A DNA stretch of 64,000 bases from Camelus ferus (taxonomy: Eukaryota), in assembly GCF_009834535.1 (NCBI RefSeq), contig NC_045697.1, positions 50,532,001-50,596,000 on the forward strand, read 5' to 3'. Position 1 is the first letter of the stretch. The number at the start of each line of letters is the position of its first letter. Positions 1-9,920 of this stretch are shown here, piece by piece. The translations under genes were made by a program, and so were the position numbers. The notes under the pieces were generated by a model. It was not told where the DNA came from. It made no database searches and worked only from the letters and a program-made list of their open reading frames with translations.

Positions 1-1900
1 AACATTATAAGTGCTCATAAATGGTAGCTATATTGCACTATTACTTCAACTTGGTTTGTGAAGGGACTTAACACTGAATCAATATTTTTGTGCATAGATA
101 TGCCTTTGTTTTTTCCCAGAAAGATGAGAATCCTAATTAACATCTTCTTAAAGATCAAAAGCACAGTGAGTTTGATACTCACTGGACTGTGGTCTTAATG
201 GAATTTCAATCTAAATGACTTATGCTCCAATATTGTCTGAGATGTAAAAATTACAAAGAAAGGCTATAAAGTATAAAGGTAAGACCTAACTGAGCAGTTC
301 AGTTTTTCTTGTTACCATATAATCACATTTCTAATCTTTATGAGATGCTTCTTTGGAAGTCATGAGTGTTGCCCACAATCTGTAACGTCCGTCATGTTTA
401 GCTTTGGCCGAGGAGTGAATTGTAATGATGGGACACATTTATTCCTGTGGATAGTCTCAAGGAGTGTGGCCTTTGAATTCTTAGGAAATTAGCTACTTAG
501 GCTCTTGTACTATGAGCTGTGCATTCAGTGACTTGATAGTTAACAGAGATTTAGAGCTAAATTTGAAAGATATGCTTCTGAATGTGCTACTGAACAGGGC
601 TGTGCCAAAAATTTGGACGAGAAATGTGGACTTACCCAGATTAGTAGTGCCAGACTCCGACAAATTAAATTTCAACACTTCCAGTTCATCTTGGCAGATG
701 CTAGTGTCCTGATGTCATGCTGTTATGATGTAAGCCAGAAAATGGTATTTTGCAATAGAGATTCTGGTAACCCTTCCCTTGAGTGTGGGTTGTAGGATAT
801 CAATATTTACATCACACCACAGAGTGCATTACAGTTTGCAAGGCAGAGAACTTATATGGTTGACTCATGGTCTTCTGCGGAGAAGAACTGTCCTTATGTT
901 CAACATCAAAAGCTTAAATTGCTCATGTTTGCCTTGTTATTTCCTTGAGACATTTTTTTCAATTACATGTAATGAATGGAAATCTTGATGTCACCAAAGT
1001 GGACAATTCAAAATGAAAGGACTAGACTTGTGCCAGGAAACACTAAAAGATGAAATGTGTTATAATTTCATCTACTTCAAACGTTATAAAAACATAATTA
1101 TACAAAAAAGTCATTTGGGGAAAGAAGGTACAATAGCAAGCAGTTATAATTCCCTTTTTGTAAATTTACTTGCTCAGGCATGACTGAAATTATAGTATTT
1201 CCTCCCACCCCCATCATCCTCCAAAATGCTAATGAAGCACTCTTGAATATTGATGACCTAAGAATGTGTTCTCAAGAACTGAAGGGCAGACACAGGAAGG
1301 AGACAAAATGGGAAATGAAAGAAATTGATGAACCCCTTGGCCAGTTTGATTTAGTCAGAGATGCCAGAAACAGGTTCTCACATCTTTCCTAAATGACTCA
1401 GCTAATTTAATGATTCACTGATAGCTGCAAATGTAGTTCTGTTGCAAGGGCTTACCTAGTAGGCTTTTTTCAGAGTCTTATTGTATATTGGAAAAAAACC
1501 AGAAGATGAAAAAATTTGCAGAACATCTTATGTTTATGCATTTTCCTGCTTAAGTTCTGCTTACATATATAAATACTGCCAGAAGAATGCCAGGGATTCC
1601 TTCCCACAAAATTAACTCTGAGAGTTATGGGATCACAAGATTATTTTGTATAACCGGCCATAAACAGATGGCTTCCCATAAACTGTAATCTAAATTTCCA
1701 TACAGTCTCACTCCATGGGTCTGATAATGTTAATTTAATGCTTACTATTTCAAAGGTGAAAAACTTTGAATTTGTTGGTTTTCTATTTTGATTTACTTTT
1801 TGGTTTGGCATTCTAGGAATCTGAATTTGTTGTTTAATTTCTATTCAATTGTGTTTACATTTTAGAAATATTTGTAGGTCACCAATATTTATAACTTTTT

Positions 1901-1930
1901 TTATTGAAGTATAGTCAATTACAATGCATC
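1901..1930 (-). mobile_element. 30-bp extreme 3' stub of an L1 with 8-bp TSD
   Basis: The minus strand GATGCATTGTAATTGACTATACTTCAATAA(A) resembles the L1 3' terminus seen at about 46490-46525. Flanked by direct repeat aacttttt (1893-1900, 1931-1938). Confidence 0.7.
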
Positions 1931-2953
1931 AACTTTTTAGGTTATCACCTCTCTAGTCTCTAGTCTCACTTCCTCTTTCTTTTCATCAGTAGACAGTCCT
2001 TAATTAAGCCTTATTATTTCTTCCTGGACTCTCCCAGCTTTTTAACACCTTTTTGAAGTGCTCAGGAAAAGCCTAGCTTTCTAGGTGCGGTCGCTGCAGT
2101 CATTGGGAGGAACCTTCACCTCCCTACTCCTTGGTATGATGTAACCTGGGCATACTTTGTGAGATCATGCAGAAAGTGCTGATGTGCAATTCATCTGCAT
2201 TAAATTCCTTCTGAAGGAAAAACAAAGCGAGTGAAGTACCTTCTACTCAAAGGAAAGCAGAATGTAAAGCTTTGTTCAGAAGTGAATGAAAAGACATAAC
2301 TTCCTGTAAGAGAAAGGCTTGTTATTAGGCTACCGTTGTAAAAATATTCACGTTTGATCCTCTTTTAACCTATCTTATGATCAAAATTATTTTGCTTATC
2401 TACACCACAATAGAAAAAAAAAGTCCATAGTTTTAGAATAGATCTAACAGAGAAATGGTAGATATTATTATTCTTTAATTTCATGTTTTACTTCCTTTAA
2501 AAACAAATTCTTAAATTATTATTTCACAAATCAAACACTAAAATATACACATAAGATGATATCCAATGATGTGTTTTGAGTTAGGGGTGAGGGTGGGGAC
2601 AGAGATGGGCTGAGAATAGTCCCACTTGCAACACAGGTATGGAAAATTGTCTCTCTTTTCTTACTATCAAATTTTAGAGCCAGAAGGACTTTGTAGAAAA
2701 TGAAATCAAAGCCCAAAGAAATGAAGGGACCTGCACAAAACTTTTCCAGTTAGGTGGAGGAAATATGATTAAAGAGGAAGAACCTTAATATTCCCAAACT
2801 GGTGTTTCTACCAATGTTCCATTGTCTATCTCTACATGTGAATCCTCTATTGAGTATTCAGAAATGGTAAAGAAAGTTTCCACATGCTGTTGGCTGCTGA
2901 AAAAATTCCTGTGTCCAATTCTTCAGTTTCTATTTCAGAACCAATTGTAGAAC

Positions 2954-2963
2954 TTTATTTATT
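2954..2963 (-). terminator. EPGN: Candidate EPGN poly(A) signal (overlapping AATAAATAAA)
   Basis: Plus-strand tttatttatt about 810 nt past the stop codon. More distal hexamers also exist (1900-1905 AATAAA; 1833-1838 and 1734-1739 ATTAAA), so the site actually used is uncertain. Confidence 0.4.
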
Positions 2964-3770
2964 AGTAGAATTTTAGAATTTAAGTGCAAATAGATAGTCG
3001 TCAGGTAATTCCACTAACAGTGGGAGAAAGTGATGAACATAAACATTCGATGACCAGTGAGTCCGACAGAAAGCTTTATAATCCATGTAAAAATAGAAAT
3101 GTTTTGCCTACTCAGGGCTCAATATCCATATAGCTTTCAGTCATTAGAAACTTTTTAGCTTATTCCATATTTCACAGTGTTATCACCAGCTGGATATGAT
3201 TTATGTTTGCCTTGGACATTCAATTTTCTTTTCCTTGGCTAAACTTCAGGCACACGTTTGTTCCCTGGAGGTGCTATAATACTGATTTCGTCCTAATAGT
3301 TGACATCACATTCTTTTAGACATCATGAAAGCAGCATATTTGGGATTCAGTCCGTAGAACAGTGGTCCAGAATAATGGTGGCGAGCACAATGAAGAACCC
3401 AAGCTTGGCATTGCTGTAACTTGCTGCAAGGTTGATGATTGTTCCCATGAAAATTCACATCTGACATGGTTGGAAGCATAAAACTCAGTCTCTCTGCAGT
3501 AAAAGCAATAACCACACAAAAGCAGAAAACCCAGAGTGGGACTCTGGACTTGACTTCTGTCCCTGTAGCTTGCTCCCGTGGCTCCCATGGCACCCTCACG
3601 ATGGCCAAGTCTGAGGACCAACATTGACATGTACTCTCTCGTTTCATCATGATCCCAACTTCTATTATTTTCAAGTCTAGTCAGCTTGGTAAGTTGTGTT
3701 GTTTCACTTGAAGATTTCAGTCTTGGGCCCACTGATTTTTACAAATGCCTCATGAAAATTTCTTACAGTC

Positions 3771-3825
3771 TCACAGTGGTCTTCCTCTGGAACAGACCTT
3801 AAAAGGTGATTTCAATTTTAGACAC
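3771..3825 (-). CDS. EPGN: EPGN exon 5 coding part (cytoplasmic tail [17 protein letters not shown])
   Basis: Acceptor ctctgttctag|; TGA at 3773-3771. Confidence 0.95.
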
Positions 3826-6800
3826 CTAGAACAGAGCATTGGTTTCCGTGTGAATTTGACTAATGTTTTTATAGCTCATTAAGAATTATATAAACGCTCT
3901 GGTGTAGCAGTTGCCCTTGCACCACCTGTATCCCCTTTACCCGCTGGTGGACCGCCCCCCAGCAGCTGTGGGTGCTAATAGGCTCACAGCACCATCCTTC
4001 CCTAGAGGATTGTTTTGGCCAAACAGAGGACTTCCCCTGAAGATTCCTAGGGGATTCCAGGCCCCTACCCCTTGCCCCACCAGGAGCATCCTAACATCCA
4101 TGCTTGATGACACTGGGTATTAAAACCAAAATCCCTCACATTCTTGGGATGGGTCTGCAGAGCCATTCATGTCTTTTCCTGTGGAATCAGCTTGAGGCTA
4201 GACTTCAGCTAAAGCCGCATCTTAGCTGACCTCCTACCTCTGCTCTAGCTTTCCTGCTTCATTACAGATATGTCTCCTTAGACTGCTCCCTTTCCCAGTC
4301 ACTCACATAAGAGGTCCTGTCTTAGGTTCTGCTTCTTAGGGAGCCTGACCTCAGACAGCTGTCTTGTTAGCATTAAAAGGTCTTACCTTTTTGGTTTTTT
4401 TCCTTTCTTGGTCTCTTAAGCAATTGAGATAACAGATCTTACATCAATTTGTTCACCATTGATAGAACAGATTTTATTCTAAGATGCAATTGTTAAGCAA
4501 ACAATTTTTTTTTAATTTTGTAGCCATGTTTGGTCATTTAAAAAAATGACAAACTAGTTAATAACGTACAGCAAGGGAAATGTATTTATACCTTTTTCTT
4601 TAATGTGCCTCATGTTATTTCTTGACTGTTCCCTACTTACATGGAAATTAAGGAAAAATGACCAGTGTGGAAAAGCCAGAAATAACAATTAATAATTAAT
4701 ACATGAGTAATTTATACTTAGCGGCTTAAGCTTATCTTCTTAGGTTTTTAGCAATAGACAGTGTCTCCTGAATGTACCCTCATTGGTGTCTGGGGGTAAA
4801 TGGCCCAAGTTTGTCATGCATTTGCATTCATTTAATACTCATTTCTTGATTTGTTCATTCAACAAATATTTACTGAGTGTTTATAGTGTGCCGGACGTGG
4901 TATTTGGCACTGAATATAATTGTGCACAAGACATATTTAATTTTTACCCCGTTTGCTGGACGTGGTATTTGGCACTGAATATAATTGTGCACAAAACACA
5001 TTTAATTTTTACCCTTGTGGGCCAACTGTCCTCCTCATTTATAACTTTGATGTAGGCAGACAGAGTTAAGGATGAAGGGAAATTACAAATTGGAACTACC
5101 CTTTGGCAACTGAAGGTACATTTTTACCTCTTGTCTGGATTTATGAGAAAAGACATCAAAATAAATATGTAGGAACTTGCCAGATTTATAGTCATATTTT
5201 CGCTAAAAAAAATTAATACATGTCAATGCCTGGTACATGGTAGGGGCTCAACACATTTGTCCAAGGAATGAGTGCCCAGTGACTTCATACTTTATCTTTT
5301 TCATACCTCTTTCTTATGTAGCAGTAAAAAATAACAAGAAAACCACTTAATAATAGTCCAACGCCAATCCCAATTGCAATGTATTTTTCATAAGAATCCA
5401 CAGCATATGACGTTAAGGTCAAGTGCTCACACCTTTCTCCAGTATAACCAGTAAAACACCTTTAAAAAAAGAAAATAATGTATAATTTTAAAACTCAGGA
5501 TGACAGAAACACAAATGACCAATTTCAAAGAATGAAAAAAAAATTTAATGAAAAGTAAGTGATTTAAATTAAAGAGGCAGACACCAGTTGAAAGCCAATC
5601 TATGAAAGGTCCTGAGGAAGCTATGTATTTTATAAAAATCATTTGATTAAAACCCCATAGTAATGCAACTTCTGCCACTGGTAGTAGGGAAAGGTAGTTT
5701 GCTTGCATGGGTTGATCTAGAAAATTGTTAACCTGATCTTTTATAGGAGGATACTGAGCAAACTGATGATCATAGAGATAATATCTCAGTTGATCCAGAA
5801 CTTTATATTCCTGAAGTGGTTTTGCCATAGTCTGTTTCATTTCATCCTATAATCAACCCATGAAAACTCATAGTCATCTTTGAATGTTGTTAAAATGTAG
5901 ATTTGGATTCAGTAGTTTTGAGGTGGAGCATGAGTTTCTGCATTTCTAACAGGATCCCAGGTTACACAGATGATACTAACCTAGGAACCATATTTTTGAG
6001 TAATAAGGATTAGGTAGGTCAGAAGAAGACTCCTTAGATATTCTAATACAAAGAGGACTGGTCAATCATGTTCAAATTGTGTACCCTTTTTGCTAGATGA
6101 TATAGAGGTATGTGGAAACATACCATGTGAAATACCATGTGCAAGGAGGCATACATTCTCCTCCCATCTCTAGGACTTGGGAAGTGCTCTGCAATTACCT
6201 GCAGATGGCTTTCTCCAGCTCGTGGTGGAATGCACAAACACCATTGATGCAGTAACTGTGGTGGTCTTCCAAGCAGTGACGTGAGAACTTCAAGGCAATG
6301 GGTCCTTCTGTGTAGTCAGCTAGAAAAGGAGATACAATTTTAACTGATGAGGTGGGTCACACTTTTATAGTAGATTTGTAACACATATGTAAAAAGACGT
6401 TTAGTTTTAAGACTATTTGTGAGTCATGTGAACTATTGATTAATTCCTTTGGCAGGTTGGGTTAATATCATCTAGACATATCACTGATTAATTAGGAGGT
6501 AGAAGTGGATTGATCATTCCATTCTTTAGAAACTACATAATAAGGCATGGATACAAGTTTGCCAAAAGGTGGCAGCATTGCTTCTAGTCATAGCATGCTG
6601 TCCTGAGCAAGGCTTCCCAAATGTTGCCTGATGCTAATAAATATAGAAGCTTTTACAGTTTTTTTCTTTCTCCCCTTTACACCCAAGAAGTCAGCACTTA
6701 GGAAGATTTGGATTTATGCTTGTGAGAAAATGAACTTGATTTCTCCTCACTCCCCAGAGAAGCGTGAGATGAGACTCCCCTTTCCCTTTATGGTGACTAC

Positions 6801-9741
6801 CTTAAGTAGTTAATGGTGGAGGGAGCATTTTCCCTGACTGATTTCAGAAGAGCTATTGTTACGACCTATCCAGGAAGCCAGAAACAACTCATGGCTCAGG
6901 CTTAGCACAGCTAAGACAATACCTTCGAATGTTAATTAGAAAATTTACTCATTTAAGAGGCATTATGAGATCCTGGGAAAAGCCATGCAGTTGGAATTAG
7001 AAAATCTGGGTTTTGATTTCTAGTGCTAATACTCTGTAAGTCACCACGCTTGGCAAAACTTTTGTGGTCAAGTGTCCAGAAGCCTCTTTATGGCCATTTT
7101 CCCTTTGGGAAGCTGTACTGTGGCAAAATATGTGTATTTCAGGATGCTTTCTCTTCATTGCTAGATGTACTAAAGACATACACCTATCCTGTCCTTGACA
7201 TTTATGCAGTGGGAATGACACTTGGGTCAAACTACATGATTGAGTCCTTCGTGGTATACTTTAATTACTGATTCTTAAATTCTTCTCGAGAAGAATTAGT
7301 GGCATTTTATTCTGTCATTGTCATGAATAAACAGATCTCCTCATCCATAGTTATCATGTTACCCCCTACATGCCTCGCTAAGTAGATTAAGAGAATACTA
7401 CTCATTTGTTTTTAGGAAAAAAAGATCCAAAAAGGCATAATTTTTATATTGAAAATACTAAATCTTTTAGACACGAAGACCAACAAGATACTGTGTTGTG
7501 TAACTTCATTTTGGCTGAGAAAACACATTACCTTAAAAATCACATTCATTTTGTTGACTGTGGTATAGTAAATCTAATTTCTTATCTTAATAATTAATTG
7601 TAAGTCAGTGAGAATTCCCATTATAAACTGTGCTAGGTTCTTTCTACTTCAAGATTAAATAAGTTCAATTAACCAAGCCTGAACCAGGACTTCCTAGAAA
7701 ATGTGAGAATTGAAAGAAGACATTTCCAAAGAAAGAGTATACTAGAGACTTGTCTTTCCCCTAATGAGAAGAATATTAGTTATAACTTCATGAAGAACTT
7801 TGTAATATACAAAATAATCTGGATTCAGATTTTAAGTTAAATAAAAAGCAGGTAAAATCTAAAATTCTCCCATTAAGAAAGCAAAGGAAAACCACTGAGA
7901 TGATATATTCACAATCCCTTTTTTCCATTATTATTCCCTGTAACTTGGAGAATTTTACTTGCACTTCACTACTGGGGAAGAAAAAAGGTGGTGATGGGCA
8001 CACTGTTACGTCACTGAGAGGCAACTGTACTTTAATTTTCTACAGTATCATCTTCCAACAAAGATGCTTTCTCTTTGTTTAAAAGTTCAAAAGACATGAA
8101 GGATTTGGCTAAAAGTTATCCTAACACACAAATTTTATTTTGCAGATTGATATATATTCAAAAACTCAAATGAGCAAAATATTTTAAGTAAATTTTTTAA
8201 ACTTAAAATTATTGGTGCAATGAAGAATAATTAAATATTACTATTTTTCATGTTCAGAAACAATATGTTTGACTTTATCTTCCTGTATTTGCCTGGCTCT
8301 GAGAGCAATATATAGTGTTACGGTGTTTTCTCTGTCCTAAGTCAAATGGCCAGTTTTCATATCGGGGGATGGTATGTGATTTGCTCGAGAATCACAACTA
8401 CCTGATACACAGGTGTTGGCAGGTAACGAGCTTTCCAAGTTCTCGTCTAAGAGTTTAAACAGTCTGGAAAAATGCTAATACTCTACAGTGGCCAGAAGAT
8501 ATTCTAATCATAATAATAAAATAGGAAAGAAAATATATCATCACCATCAACAACAAAAATTGGGTACACATGGTTAGGAAATATAGCACCTACTAAAGCA
8601 ACAAAAAAAGTTCCCCAAAACAAACAAGAAAGAAGACTTTTCCAAAGATGAAGGAAAGTGGATGAAGGCTTCATCTTATGGCCATAATTTCTTCAGCTGC
8701 AAAGCTCATAATCACAGATCAAAATAAGAAGTCACTCATCAAGAATGCTGAAATGGGGACAGACCGCCTCTGGATGCAGTGGGTTATTGGGAACCCAGCA
8801 GGAATCAAGCAGAAAGTGTTACAAGTTTCACATCCAGGACAGTGACTGAAGACAACTTTGTTTCTCTCATTTGCTTCACTTCTTTCTTTTGAAAAGGCAG
8901 TTCTTTGCTGACACATTTACCTGTCACTTCCATTTAACAGCATCCTAATAAATGATTATCTAATAATAAAATATATATTTAAAAATTTCCAGTGTTGCTT
9001 TTATCACAATCCGAACTTCTCTCAAATTTTAAAAAGAAAAAAGTCTCTTGAGATACATAAGTGTGAAGAAAATACCTTCAGTTGTGTTAACTGTCCAGTT
9101 ACTTTGCTGGGTTGTGGTTGGGGCTGTTACAGTCATGGCTGCCTCTTCAGTCAGGGCTGTCATTGCTGTGTGGAGGGGAGGGAAAGGCGTCTTTAGCAGG
9201 TGAGCCTCCTTCTACGTACAGGCAGCAGATTGAGAGTTACTCTGTTTATTCCCATGTCTATTCTGTTTTTAATTCATTTACATTTGAAATCCATAACCTG
9301 ACTGGGGCAATATCCTGACAGTTTCTTATCTATTCCAGTTCTACTGACTACATTATAATTACAGAAGATAGAAGCACATTAATTTTAAGAGAAAGTACAT
9401 ACATTTATAAACTAATCCTATCACAAAGATGCTATTATATCATAGTTAAAATATATCGACTACTCTTCAATTGTATAAAGTAAGCATTTTCAAGATCTCA
9501 GAAAAAGAGGTATCAAAATATTTAAGGACAGGAACATACATTACATAAGAAACTAAATTAATTCCCAGACTCCTTGTTTGGATTTTTGTCCTGAAGAACA
9601 ACTGCTGAAAAGCCAACTCCTCACTTATTCAGAGAAAACAAATCCCATTCCCACTTTACACTGACAGAGAATTAACAAATCAAAAAGAAATGACCTACCA
9701 TTGAATAAGAAGTAGACTGTCATTGGAACTCCGAAAGCCAT
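3771..9741 (-). CDS. EPGN: Epigen (EGF-family ligand precursor), complete spliced CDS: join(9699-9741, 9076-9165, 6199-6319, 5307-5459, 3771-3825), 462 nt, 153 aa
   Basis: Manual splicing gives [153 protein letters not shown]. It has a signal peptide, an EGF motif C-x7-C-x4-C-x10-C-x-C-x8-C, a TM helix and a short tail. All introns are GT-AG. It lies downstream of MTHFD2L, as in human. Confidence 0.97.
3903..4357 (+). mobile_element. ERVL solo LTR (LTR16-like) in EPGN intron 4
   Basis: TG...CA ends; 3' end ggttctgcttcttagggagcctgacctcagaca and internal gaggctagacttcagctaaa match my recollection of the LTR16 family. Confidence 0.7.
4889..5014. repeat. 65-bp tandem duplication (2 copies) at an L2 3' fragment
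   Basis: ggacgtggtatttggcactgaatataattgtgcacaa occurs at 4893 and 4958, with few substitutions across the unit. Confidence 0.9.
5307..5459 (-). CDS. EPGN: EPGN exon 4 (EGF Cys5-6, juxtamembrane stalk, TM helix)
   Basis: Acceptor ttttctttttttaaag|, donor AG|GTATGA; 153 nt, phase 2-2; encodes [13 protein letters not shown]...[25 protein letters not shown]. Confidence 0.97.
5885..6010. mobile_element. MER5-like hAT MITE fragment
   Basis: Motif tctgcatttctaacaggatcccaggt...accatatttttgagtaa. Confidence 0.55.
6199..6319 (-). CDS. EPGN: EPGN exon 3 (EGF domain Cys1-4)
   Basis: Acceptor tccttttctag|, donor AG|GTAATT; 121 nt; encodes [41 protein letters not shown]. Confidence 0.97.
9076..9165 (-). 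CDS. EPGN: EPGN exon 2 ([30 protein letters not shown])
   Basis: Acceptor ctcccctccacacag|, donor G|GTATTT; 90 nt, phase 1-1. Confidence 0.95.
9699..9741 (-). CDS. EPGN: EPGN coding exon 1 (signal peptide [14 protein letters not shown])
   Basis: ATG at 9741-9739 in context GAAATGG; 43 nt; donor G|GTAGGT. Confidence 0.95.
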
Positions 9742-9794
9742 TTCCCACACTTGTTAAAGAGTATCTTGCTCTTATCCTCCTAGACTGACGGCTG

Positions 9795-9920
9795 GAAGGT
9801 TTTTATTGAGCTCTCTTTCTTGCATTTATATTTCACGAAGCGTCATCTGGCAGGTCTTACCAATCAAAAAAATATGTACTTCTGGCAGCAGCACGAAGCC
9901 TCGAGGCGCTCGCGCACTTG
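9795..9920 (-). promoter_or_regulatory. EPGN: EPGN core promoter: TATA box (TATAAA 9830-9825) with an adjacent half-CRE (TGACG), a C/EBP-like TTCGTGAAAT and a small CpG cluster
   Basis: The minus strand reads GATGACGCTTCGTGAAATATAAATG about 85-105 nt upstream of the ATG. CpG-rich gcacgaagcctcgaggcgctcgcgc at about 9890-9915. Confidence 0.7.

Noticed and set aside
3306..3732. Two overlapping minus-strand ORFs (122 and 138 aa) just after the EPGN stop codon
   Set aside because: They lie in the EPGN 3' UTR, begin at non-ATG codons in the track and show no recognisable domain.
5427..6237. ORFs 5427-5840 and 6043-6237 overlapping EPGN exons 4 and 3
   Set aside because: Mostly intronic and out of frame with the real exons.
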